From NCBI GenBank assembly GCA_051530055.1, contig CM121342.1:16197480-16261479 (forward strand): a stretch of DNA of 64,000 nt. The letters are read 5' to 3'. This stretch comes from Neoechinorhynchus agilis. Taxonomy: Eukaryota; Animalia; Acanthocephala. Positions 48,555 to 60,113 of the stretch are shown one piece after another. Made by a program: the position numbers and the translations under genes. Position 1 is the stretch's first letter, and each line of letters starts with the position of its first letter. The notes beneath the pieces were generated by a model. That model was not told the origin of the DNA. It did no database searches and worked only from the letters and a program-made list of their open reading frames with translations.

Positions 48555-50019
48555 CTTAGGGACGTGAAAATGGGATGAGGGAGAGAGTGCTCTTTCATTG
48601 GGTGCATTCGCCTAAGTGTGTGTGGGTTTTGAAATGCGGAGTATATCGATTTATAGTGTAGTCTAGGAAAAAACATTAGTATCAACGCCATTTGTTTTTA
48701 TAAAGCGAAATTCAGTGCGCTCAAATAAAATCATTCATCAATTTAATAGATGGGTTCTGCCCCAATAATGCTATCGGTCGTTTCCGTACGATTAACAGTA
48801 CGTGAAATTAATTGAAGACTTATTGCATCTCGTGGTACCTTAGACCAATCTGACATTTGAACACAAGCGAAAAATGTGAAATTAAGAAATTCTCCGAATT
48901 TAATCGCTCAATTACGAATGATATCAAAGTTCTCCTAAAAACGAATAGTATATGGGATTGCAATCAAGGCGAACTACGCATTCTTTTATTGATTTAAACT
49001 TATCTTAACTGCAAACGACTATCCCTAATTCTATCATATGAAACCCTCTCAAAAAATATTATGAACACCTAGTTTTCTTACTTGTGTGAACTCTATGAAG
49101 TAAAAACAATTCGTCAAATATATCAAACACGAATTATGTACTTAATAAATCCTGGTTCAATGCATCAAAGGAACACTTCCATGTTTAGTACAAATTATAA
49201 GAATTGAAGGTTATGGTCCTCTTTTAAACTCAAAAACATTCTCAGGATTAAGCGAACAAACGTGTTTAAGCTCTTATTAAAAGAATATAAATTAAACGCC
49301 AAAACTCGAATAAAAATTTATTAAGTCTCGAAATTAAAAGAATTTGAGCCGATAAGATTATGCTCTGAGCAACAAATAAGCATAAAATGTGGAATCTCTG
49401 AAAAAATTGCAACATGAAACAGTTTCGATTGACGAAGCATTTATAAAATCATTACTAAATTTAGGCCGATGCGTAAATATCGCTTCGACGAACAAAAGAC
49501 GCCGATGCATATCTAAATAACTAAGTTTCGAAATGAAATTATGTCGATAGCTATCGATATGTTGAAATAACTGAACAAGTCTACTGGTAGGATATTGTTG
49601 TAAGTTCAAAGCAATGCAAAGATCAAAACGTTTGATTGAATCTATACTGTTTCAGCGGGTTTACTACATTCGATCAGCAAAGTTCACTCGGTAGCGATCG
49701 AATGAGTTCCCCCTTAACTTGAATGAAATGAGGCAACATTAGTGACAAGTACGGAGCTCTAAACTCAGCTGAACGATAGTTTTGCTTCATCGGTCTGTCT
49801 AGACATGAGATGCAAATGAGGAAGCGAAAATATTCTTTATTGTGTAAGGGAACTGAATGTTTCCCAGGTAAAATTGCGAACCATATTTCGGAAAAAGTTA
49901 CTTTGTATGCCAACTGGTTTAAGAGTTTCAATAATAAAAATCGAGCCATTGCTGATCGAAGTTCCCCTTTAGTGCTCAAATCTAAAGTCTACACTTACAT
50001 ACGTAATGCTGGTTCATTA

Positions 50020-51487
50020 TCATGGTTTTTGTTTTTGCTTCATATCTTCTTGCACGTTTCTGAGATATATCCGGGGCTTCGCTCCTGCCTCAGCACCTTC
50101 GTATCCTTTGTGCCAGTCGTATCCTTCAGCATATGCTGCCCATTTCCCGGTTGAATCAATATCGCAACACGTCAGGGGTTGCTTCTTTGCCAAGTCAGAT
50201 CCCTTCAATTTCGTCCTAGATTGCTTATCCCATAATCCATATTTGCCATCTGATCCGACTGTCATCATTGTATCATAAGCCGGATTAACGGCTATATCAT
50301 TAACTGTGTACACTTCCTGGAATCCAGCGGCATTCACCGGCAATCGATGGCATTTGAACGAAAATGTATCGCTTGAATGCTCAGGAGATATTGCGGTAAC
50401 GCTAACGCGACCTTCGATGCTGCCACAAATGTAGCCACGAGGCTGACCAGTTCGAGGGTAAGCGGCTACGCATTTCACTTGGTATTTGAGGTTCGACTCA
50501 GTTTTGTGAAGATAGTCGCAGTGATCTCGGATAACGAATCATGAATCCTATTTTTAGTCAATTCTTAGGGTAAAACCAGACACTATTTTACACTTGTCAC
50601 AATAGATTGACACTAAGAACATTTTTTTGACGCCGAACGGCGGTGTCATAAGGCATGCAAATCATCGCCGATGATGATAGTTGAGAAGTTTAAGAGCTGA
50701 AATTTACAAAAAGAAGTCTAATGAATGAAAATTCACGATAAAAAATCGACGCGTAACTTTTTCTTTAAAAAACCAAACTAAAAGGGTGTATTAATAATTG
50801 AAATGTTAGACAGTAAAGACTTATCAATTTACCTAATCAGGTTTTCGATCACTCCCCTTCGACAGTCACTGCGTCTTTCCTCCTACTGTACTCGACTGGC
50901 TGCGGTTCTAATGTATATATCCGTACCATTCGATCAGCGGTTACGACTACGGCCATCGGACCACAGACATCGGCGCAATAAACTCTCTCTCCCAGGTCGA
51001 GTTTCTTGATAGGCTCGGCCTGTCTAAGATCCCAGAACTTAAGCGTCCGGTCCCAAGATCCGGTCATAAGGCAACTGTAACTTGAGGTCTTGATGTAATT
51101 CACCGTTTTCACGGGTAAATCATGAGCTGCCACTTGAATGTACTTGTCCTCGGCTAATGACCATCCTCGGACAATCTTATCACAGCCAGCCGTGAACGCG
51201 AAACGGCCGTCGTCAGACCAACAACAGTCCAAAATACTGTGCCCGTGGTTCTTTTGAGCTTTAAGAACGGATGTTCCATTGTTCAAATCGACCTGCCAAC
51301 ATGCTACGTCGCCAGCCCAACTGGAAGCCATTAAATAACATTCAGATAGTGCACCAGGAGAAAACTGGAGCCGACTTATCGTATCGGCAGGTACATTTAA
51401 CACTTCAGTCTCTCCCGGTGATACCGAAGATGCAGATTGGAGAGAACCAAAAATACTAGAAGATCCAAGCTTTCCAAAAACGCTCAT
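50020..51487 (-). CDS. RAE1: mRNA export factor RAE1/Gle2 (WD40), 2 exons with a ~380-bp intron
   Basis: DTISRLQFSP, SCLMTGSWDRTLKFWDLRQ, ERVYCADV, GSIEGRVSV, FSFKCHR, VYTVNDI, TVGSDGKYGLWDKQSRTKLK and AYAEGYDWHKGYE. Confidence 0.95.
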
Positions 51488-51744
51488 CTTGTCATGAAGC
51501 GAGTATTTTACCCCTTTTGCTAATTAAAATATGTTGAACTCTTTCGTATCTAAACCGCATTTTTAAAACGATTTTAGAATTTATTAATTGCCAGATAACC
51601 GAAATTTCGGATAATTTTACTATGTATTTCTCGTAATTTTTTTAGTATGCTGAAGTTAAGAAACTTTACAAATTATTTATGTATTAGTTGATTTTGCTGA
51701 ACTATCTATGGTCGTTTAAAACAGAGTACTTTCTTGGATTATAT

Positions 51745-52062
51745 TCGGAGGAGCCAACCTGTGTCAGAAAATTTGACATTCAATATATGTCCCAGCTGCT
51801 TACGAATTACCCCGTCGAGCTCTCCTAACAATTTGTCTTCTCCGAAACATGGAGCTGTTCTTAGCTTATGAAGCAATTTTGGCATATAGAGGCAATTCTT
51901 GATCAAGAAGAGACCCTCATGTGCCGAAAGCTCAGAAGTTCGGCGGCCGAGCACCTCCATTTTCGGGATTTGTGCGCGCAGGTCCTTCGCAACATTCTCA
52001 GCAAGAACGCAGCTCCCGAGGAGTATGAGCTGGTCAAGGGTAGCAAAGATAGATGCTGACAA
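51745..52062 (-). mobile_element. Internal fragment of a CRE-clade RT related to the 283-1690 copy
   Basis: LGSCVL..HEGLFLIKNCLYMPKLLHKLRTAPCF..LNVKFSDTGW parallels HEALFLLRNCLYIPKMLYKLRSAPYF..INTQFSDETW. Confidence 0.8.
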
Positions 52063-52141
52063 GTGTGTGGATCCTGTATTTTTTACATTAATAAAACGTG
52101 TTTATTATATTTATATATTTATTTCCTTAATAAGCTCTAAC

Positions 52142-55100
52142 AGCATTCGACAGCGTTTATTGGATTCGAACGATATGGATAAAACCAAAGCATTTCAAAT
52201 GACACTAACACTCGAAGCCGCACAAGATCAAGCGAACGAGTATTTGCCGGGGTATCGCGATTCAGTAATTGATTCAGCGACAGAAAAAGATCGTATGGAG
52301 GGTCAAACTGAGACGCCGTCCAACGGAGAACATACGGTTGCTACGATTCAACGAGCACGAAAACAATGCCGGTATTGCGGGAAATGGTATCATCATAGGA
52401 CTCAGTGTCCAGCACGAAATGCGGTCTGTCATTATTGCAATAGGCACGGTCATATTCAAGCTGTATGCGAGGTAAAGCTGAGAAGTAAAGGAAAAAGCAT
52501 AGTGTCGACCATCGTCTCAAGTGCTACAAAATGATATGATTCAGCACTCGAGGACTCAATCATAGATATAGAACTCGATGGGTATGCATCGAAGGTACTC
52601 GTAGACAGCAAAAGTGCAACCAACTTCATTGACTCTGATTTAGTACGGCAGAACAACGCTGTCATTATTGCAATAGGCACGGTCATTTTCAAGCTGTATG
52701 CGAGGTAAAGCTGAGAAGTAAAGGAAAAAGCATAGTGTCGACCATCGTCTCAAGTGCTACAAAATGATATGATTCAGCACTCGAGGACTCAATCATAGAT
52801 ATAGAACTCGAAGGGTATGCATCGAAGGTACTCGTAGACAGCAAAAGTGCAACCAACTTCATTGACTCTGATTTAGTACGGCAGAACAACGCTGTCATTA
52901 TTGCAATAGGCACGGTCATTTTCAAGCTGTATGCGAGGTAAAGCTGAGAAGTAAAGGAAAAAGCATAGTGTCGACCATCGTCTCAAGTGCTACAAAATGA
53001 TATGATTCAGCACTCGAGGACTCAATCATAGATATAGAACTCGATGGGTATGCATCGAAGGTACTCGTAGACAGCAAAAGTGCAACCAACTTCATTGACT
53101 CTGATTTAGTACGGCAGAACAATGCTGTCATTATTGCAATAGGCACGGTCATTTTCAAGCTGTATGCGAGGTAAAGCTGAGAAGTAAAGGAAAAAGCATA
53201 GTGTCGACCATCGTCTCAAGTGCTACAAAATGATATGATTCAGCACTCGAGGACTCAATCGTAGATATAGAACTCGATGGGTATGCATCGAAGGTACTCG
53301 TAGACAGCAAAAGTGCAACCAACTTCATTGACTCTGATTTAGTACGGCAGAACAACGCTGTCATTATTGCAATAGGCACGGTCATTTTCAAGCTGTATGC
53401 GAGGTAAAGCTGAGAAGTAAAGGAAAAAGCATAGTGTCGACCATCGTCTCAAGTGCTACAAAATGATATGATTCAGCACTCGAGGACTCAATCATAGATA
53501 TAGAACTCGATGGGTATGCATCGAAGGTACTCGTAGACAGCAAAAGTGCAACCAACTTCATTGACTCTGATTTAGTACGGCAGAACAACGCTGTCATTAT
53601 TGCAATAGGCACGGTCATTTTCAAGCTGTATGCGAGGTAAAGCTGAGAAGTAAAGGAAAATGCATAGTGTCGACCATCGTCTCAAGTGCTACAAAAACGA
53701 TAAGGTCTCAGCACTCGATGACTCAATCATAGATATAGAACTCGAAGGGTATGCATCGAAGGTACTCGTAGACAGCAAAAGTGCAACCAACTTCATTGAC
53801 TCTGATTTAGTACGGCAGAACAATGCTGTCATTATTGCAATAGGCACGGTCATATTCAAGCTGTATGCGAGGTAAAGCTGAGAAGTAAAGGAAAAAGCAT
53901 TGTGTCGACCATCGTCTCAAGTGCTACAAAATGATATGATTCAGAACTCGAGGACTCAATCGTAGATATAGAACTCGAAGGGTATGCATCGAAGGTACTC
54001 GTAGACAGCAAAAGTGCAACCAACTTCATTGACTCTGATTTAGTACGGCAGAACAACGCTGTCATTATTGCAATAGGCACGGTCATTTTCAAGCTGTATG
54101 CGAGGTAAAGCTGAGAAGTAAAGGAAAAAGCATAATGTCGACCATCGTCTCAAGTGCTACAAAATGATATGATTCAGCACTCGAGGACTCAATCATAGAT
54201 ATAGAACTCGATGGGTATGCATCGAAGGTACTCGTAGACAGCAAAAGAGCAACCAACTTCATTGACTCTGATTTAGTACGGCAGAACAACGCTGTCATTA
54301 TTGCAATAGGCACGGTCATTTTCAAGCTGTATGCGAGGTAAAGCTGAGAAGTAAAGGAAAAAGCATAATGTCGACCATCGTCTCAAGTGCTACAAAATGA
54401 TATGATTCAGCACTCGAGGACTCAATCATAGATATAGAACTCGAAGGGTATGCATCGAAGGTACTCGTAGACAGCAAAAGTGCAACCAACATCATTGACT
54501 CTGATTTAGTACGGCAGAACAACGCTGTCATTATTGCAATAGGCACGGTCATTTTCAAGCTGTATGCGAGGTAAAGCTGAGAAGTAAAGGAAAAAGCATA
54601 GTGTCGACCATCGTCTCAAGTGCTACAAAATGATATGATTCAGAACTCGAGGACTCAATCGTAGATATAGAACTCGAAGGGTATGCATCAGAAGGTACTC
54701 GTAGACAGCAAAAGTGCAACCAACATTATTGACTCTGATTTAGTACGGCAGAACAACGCTGTCATTATTGCAATAGGCACTGTCATTTTCAAGCTGTATG
54801 CGAGGTAAAGCTGAGAAGTAAAGGAAAAAGCATTGTGTCGACCACCGTCTCAAGTGCTACAAAATGATATGATTCAGCACTCGAGGACTCAATCATAGAT
54901 ATAGAACTCGATGGGTATGCATCGAAGGTACTCGTAGACAGCAAAAGTGCAACCAACTTCATTGACTCTGATTTAGTACGGCAGAACAATGCTGTCATTA
55001 TTGCAATAGGCACGGTCATTTTCAAGCTGTATGCGAGGTAAAGCTGAGAAGTAAAGGAAAAAGCATAGTGTCGACCATCGTCTCCAAGTGCTACAAAATG

Positions 55101-58100
55101 ATATGATTCAGAACTCGAGGACTCAATCGTAGATATAGAACTCGAAGGGTATGCATCGAAGGTACTCGTAGACAGCAAAAGTGCAACCAACTTCATTGAC
55201 TCTGATTTAGTACGGCAGAACAATGCTGTCATTATTGCAATAGGCACCGTCATTTTCAAGCTGTATGCGAGGTAAAGCTGAGAAGTAAAGGAAAAAGCAT
55301 AGTGTCGACCATCGTCTCAAGTGCTACAAAATGATATGATTCAGCACTCGAGGACTCAATCGTAGATATAGAACTCGATGGGTATGCATCGAAGGTACTC
55401 GTAGACAGCAAAAGTGCAACCAACTTCATTGACTCTGATTTAGTACGGCAGAACAATGCTGTCATTATTGCAATAGGCACGGTCATTTTCAAGCTGTATG
55501 CGAGGTAAAGCTGAGAAGTAAAGGAAAAAGCATAGTGTCGACCATCGTTCTCAAGTGCTACAAAATGATATGATTCAGCACTCGAGGACTCAATCATAGA
55601 TATAGAACTCGATGGGTATGCATCGAAGGTACTCGTAGACAGCAAAAGTGCAACCAACTTCATTGACTCTGATTTAGTACGGCAGAACAACGCTGTCATT
55701 ATTGCAATAGGCACGGTCATTTTCAAGCTGTATGCGAGGTAAAGCTGAGAAGTAAAGGAAAAAGCATAGTGTCGACCATCGTCTCAAGTGCTACAAAATG
55801 ATATGATTCAGCACTCGAGGACTCAATCATAGATATAGAACTCGATGGGTATGCATCGAAGGTACTCGTAGACAGCAAAAGTGCAACCAACTTCATTGAC
55901 TCTGATTTAGTACGGCAGAACAACGCTGTCATTATTGCAATAGGCACGGTCATTTTCAAGCTGTATGCGAGGTAAAGCTGAGAAGTAAAGGAAAAAAGCA
56001 TAGTGTCGACCATCGTCTCAAGTGCTACAAAATGATATGATTCAGCACTCGAGGACTCAATCGTAGATATAGAACTCGAAGGGTATGCATCGAAGGTACT
56101 CGTAGACAGCAAAAGTGCAACCAACTTCATTGACTCTGATTTAGTACGGCAGAACAATGCTGTCATTATTGCAATAGGCACGGTCATTTTCAAGCTGTAT
56201 GCGAGGTAAAGCTGAGAAGTAAAGGAAAAAGCATAGTGTCGACCATCGTCTCAAGTGCTACAAAATGATATGATTCAGCACTCGAGGACTCAATCGTAGA
56301 TATAGAACTCGAAGGGTATGCATCGAAGGTACTCGTAGACAGCAAAAGTGCAACCAACTTCATTGACTCTGATTTAGTACGGCAGAACAACGCTGTCATT
56401 ATTGCAATAGGCACGGTCATTTTCAAGCTGTATGCGAGGTAAAGCTGAGAAGTAAAGGAAAAAGCATAGTGTCGACCATCGTCTCAAGTGCTACAAAATG
56501 ATATGATTCAGCACTCGAGGACTCAATCGTAGATATAGAACTCGAAGGGTATGCATCGAAGGTACTCGTAGACAGCAAAAGTGCAACCAACTTCATTGAC
56601 TCTGATTTAGTACGGCAGAACAACGCTGTCATTATTGCAATAGGCACGGTCATTTTCAAGCTGTATGCGAGGTAAAGCTGAGAAGTAAAGGAAAAAGCAT
56701 AGTGTCGACCATCGTCTCAAGTGCTACAAAATGATATGATTCAGCACTCGAGGACTCAATCGTAGATATAGAACTCGATGGGTATGCATCGAAGGTACTC
56801 GTAGACAGCAAAAGTGCAACCAACTTCATTGACTCTGATTTAGTACGGCAGAACAACGCTGTCATTATTGCAATAGGCACGGTCATTTTCAAGCTGTATG
56901 CGAGGTAAAGCTGAGAAGTAAAGGAAAAAGCATAGTGTCGACCATCGTCTCAAGTGCTACAAAATGATATGATTCAGCACTCGAGGACTCAATCGTAGAT
57001 ATAGAACTCGATGGGTATGCATCGAAGGTACTCGTAGACAGCAAAAGTGCAACCAACTTCATTGACTCTGATTTAGTACGGCAGAACAACGCTGTCATTA
57101 TTGCAATAGGCACGGTCATTTTCAAGCTGTATGCGAGGTAAAGCTGAGAAGTAAAGGAAAAAGCATAGTGTCGACCATCGTCTCAAGTGCTACAAAATGA
57201 TATGATTCAGCACTCGAGGACTCAATCATAGATATAGAACTCGATGGGTATGCATCGAAGGTACTCGTAGACAGCAAAAGTGCAACCAACTTCATTGACT
57301 CTGATTTAGTACGGCAGAACAACGCTGTCATTATTGCAATAGGCACGGTCATTTTCAAGCTGTATGCGAGGTAAAGCTGAGAAGTAAAGGAAAAAGCATA
57401 GTGTCGACCATCGTCTCAAGTGCTACAAAATGATATGATTCAGCACTCGAGGACTCAATCGTAGATATAGAACTCGATGGGTATGCATCGAAGGTACTCG
57501 TAGACAGCAAAAGTGCAACCAACTTCATTGACTCTGATTTAGTACGGCAGAACAATGCTGTCATTATTGCAATAGGCACGGTCATTTTCAAGCTGTATGC
57601 GAGGTAAAGCTGAGAAGTAAAGGAAAAAGCATAGTGTCGACCATCGTCTCAAGTGCTACAAAATGATATGATTCAGCACTCGAGGACTCAATCGTAGATA
57701 TAGAACTCGATGGGTATGCATCGAAGGTACTCGTAGACAGCAAAAGTGCAACCAACTTCATTGACTCTGATTTAGTACGGCAGAACAATGCTGTCATTAT
57801 TGCAATAGGCACGGGTCATTTTCAAGCTGTATGCGAGGTAAAGCTGAGAAGTAAAGGAAAAAGCATAGTGTCGACCATCGTCTCAAGTGCTACAAAATGA
57901 TATGATTCAGCACTCGAGGACTCAATCGTAGATATAGAACTCGATGGGTATGCATCGAAGGTACTCGTAGACAGCAAAAGTGCAACCAACTTCATTGACT
58001 CTGATTTAGTACGGCAGAACAACGCTGTCATTATTGCAATAGGCACGGTCATTTTCAAGCTGTATGCGAGGTAAAGCTGAGAAGTAAAGGAAAAAGCATA

Positions 58101-58960
58101 GTGTCGACCATCGTCTCAAGTGCTACAAAATGATATGATTCAGCACTCGAGGACTCGGTACCGTATAGTGAACTCGATGGGTATGCATCGAAGGTACTCG
58201 TAGACAGCAAAAGTGCAACCAACTTCATTGCATCGAAGGTACTCGTAGACAGCAAAAGTGCAACCAACTTCATTGACTCTGATTTAGTACGGCAGAACAA
58301 CGCTGTCATTATTGCAATAGGCACCGTCATTTTCAAGCTGTATGCGAGGTAAAGCTGAGAAGTAAAGGATAAAGCATAGTGTCGACCATCGTCTCAAGTG
58401 CTGATCCAGGGCAAGCACTGCTACTGGAGAAACTCCACATGATTGAGTTTTTCAATATAAAAGGAAACCTATGCTTAAATTCAGTTTGCTGAGTTGGATT
58501 AAACCAAGCCCTGTTTATGTCAGAAAATTCAATATAACGAACAAGAACGATGACAAAGTGGAGGAAGCTACAATAAAAGGTATAAATCCTTACAATGCAC
58601 TCATTCGGTACAAAGATGGCAAGGAAGGTGTAATCTCGACCAGAGATCTGCCTCGACATCCACATAATCGGAGTACTAATGAAGAAATGGATAATTCTAA
58701 CGATTCCTGAAAAATCGATGAACCAGATTCGAATAACGATACTGGCCATGCAAACGCAGGAGGTTCAGACCGAACAGGTGTAGAAGGAAATCTCGACAAG
58801 ACGTCTCTATGTGAAGGTGCGGAGGATGATACTGGAGCGAATAATGAGGACAACAGGAATCAGCGATTTGTACGCCGAGGGAAAAGGATACGGAGACCTC
58901 CCCCGTACCTCGAACAATATCAGTGGAGAAGAATGTAGTGATAACCTACTCGACGTTGCA
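52142..58960 (+). mobile_element. Internally deleted Ty3/gypsy LTR retrotransposon: gag 3' half, amplified gag/protease junction, integrase C-terminus, PPT and possible LTR start
   Basis: gag IRQRLLD..TLEAAQ; two CCHC knuckles CRYCGKWYHHRTQC and CHYCNRHGHIQAVC; protease VLVDSKSATNFID; IN C-terminus TGETPH..SWIKPSPVYVRK..INPYNALIRYKDGKEGVISTRDLP; RRPPPYLEQY; purine tract ggagaagaa (58925-58933) followed by tgtagtg. Confidence 0.88.
52426..58402 (+). repeat. Tandem array of ~25.6 copies of a 233-bp unit (retrotransposon-derived satellite)
   Basis: The unit ctgtcattattgcaatagg...gtacggcagaacaa(c/t)g recurs with a 233-bp period (ORF track starts 52456, 52689, 52922, 53155, 53388, ...) and near identity. 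Confidence 0.98.
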
Positions 58961-59127
58961 TTTAGTGATAACCTACAGATCGAGGAGCGTGCTCAATTGA
59001 ACGCTTAGAATTGGGTACTGCAATGCCTAGGAGATTAAGTTAAAAAAAATTTAAATGGAAGATATCGTTGATTCTTAACGTCGTTCAAACGCAGAAAAAG
59101 GGATGATTTTTTAGATTTAAGCATGAA

Positions 59128-59703
59128 TTACGTTGATAAATTCATAAGCTGGTAAAGAACGTCATTTTCTTCCATTATGCTCGACTCCATCCTTATCTCT
59201 GCGTCGTACATTAGTTCAAGTTCCTTATAGACTTTATATGCCAGATACTCAATAAACAATCGAATCAATAAGGATGGGATGGCTATTACTGTGAACACTG
59301 CGCTGTGCTTCACATCAAATGCCAATAAGGTGCCTATGGCAATTCCAAACGCCAATGCGGTTTGGGCAACAAAGATGATAAGTGGTACAAAGAGTCGAAG
59401 CTTTCTGTGACTCGCAAAGATCCCAGTTCTGATACTCGAGAAAATAACAATGGCGATCGTCGGAACACTGAAGTATTTGTATATTTCTGAATATTGTATC
59501 GGTTGTTCTTGGCTCGTCGAATTAGCCGAAAAGTGGAGTAACGAAAATGTGACGGCCAAGCAGATAACCAAGTAGACGTGTAGGATAGTCAATGCAAACA
59601 ATCGAGTTCGCCTGAAACATTTTAACCCAATCGCCATTTCGTCGAAAGGGAAGCTTAGCAATGTTAGGAAAGTCAAGCAAACTATGAGAAAGTGCAATGT
59701 CAT
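59128..59703 (-). CDS. Hypothetical multi-pass (about 4 TM) membrane protein, single coding exon; may start at 59637 (MAIG)
   Basis: 191-codon ORF with four hydrophobic stretches and an acidic C-terminal tail; no family recognised. Confidence 0.6.
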   Translation of the reverse strand: MTLHFLIVCLTFLTLLSFPFDEMAIGLKCFRRTRLFALTILHVYLVICLAVTFSLLHFSANSTSQEQPIQYSEIYKYFSVPTIAIVIFSSIRTGIFASHRKLRLFVPLIIFVAQTALAFGIAIGTLLAFDVKHSAVFTVIAIPSLLIRLFIEYLAYKVYKELELMYDAEIRMESSIMEENDVLYQLMNLST

Positions 59704-59798
59704 TTTAAAGCGTCAAAAGAAAAACTAAAGATTATGTGAGACGCACAATTTATCACCAAACTTACACCACAATCTCATCATTCATGGTCTCCCTTTCA

Positions 59799-60113
59799 TT
59801 AGTCGAAAAACTGCAACGTGGGTAAGCTTGCCACATATCGTGCTATGCTTAACGCTCGCTCGTAGTTTTCCTTAGCTTGCTCATATTGCTCAAATTGTTT
59901 CCTGGTGGTAGTTGAGACGGCACGAGAATTGATGGAATCAATTCTTTGCAGGGTTTGGTCGAAATAGCGCTCAATTGCTTCCATGCGAGCGTTGATGGCT
60001 TCTTTTTGTTCGTCTTTTGTCCCAAATTCTACCTTCCCTTTCCGAATGGCTAGTATATCCGCAACATGTTCGAATAAGTGACTCATCCGTCTCTTCTCTT
60101 CGTTCAAATCCAT
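59799..60113 (-). CDS. Hypothetical small coiled-coil protein
   Basis: Open frame MDLNEEKRRMSHLF..INARMEAIERYFDQTL..EQYEQAKENYERALS with protein-like charged helical composition, preceded by gttttag. Confidence 0.5.
   Translation of the reverse strand: MDLNEEKRRMSHLFEHVADILAIRKGKVEFGTKDEQKEAINARMEAIERYFDQTLQRIDSINSRAVSTTTRKQFEQYEQAKENYERALSIARYVASLPTLQFFD

Noticed and set aside
49674-49979. Operon gene between RAE1 and LYPLA
   Set aside because: The ORF starts at TTG and has no recognisable motif. The region has short internal direct and inverted repeats (ttcgatcagcaa / ttgctgatcgaa) more suggestive of a decayed repeat.
52456-58336. About 20 repeated 78-aa minus-strand ORFs (MKMTVPIAIMTALF...) with overlapping start/stop, resembling a tandem gene array
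   Set aside because: They are antisense shadows of the 233-bp repeat and mostly begin at TTG. The recognisable motifs (CCHC knuckle, protease) are on the plus strand.
52426-58402. CRISPR-like array
   Set aside because: The units are contiguous near-identical 233-mers with no unique spacers, there are no cas genes and the context is eukaryotic.
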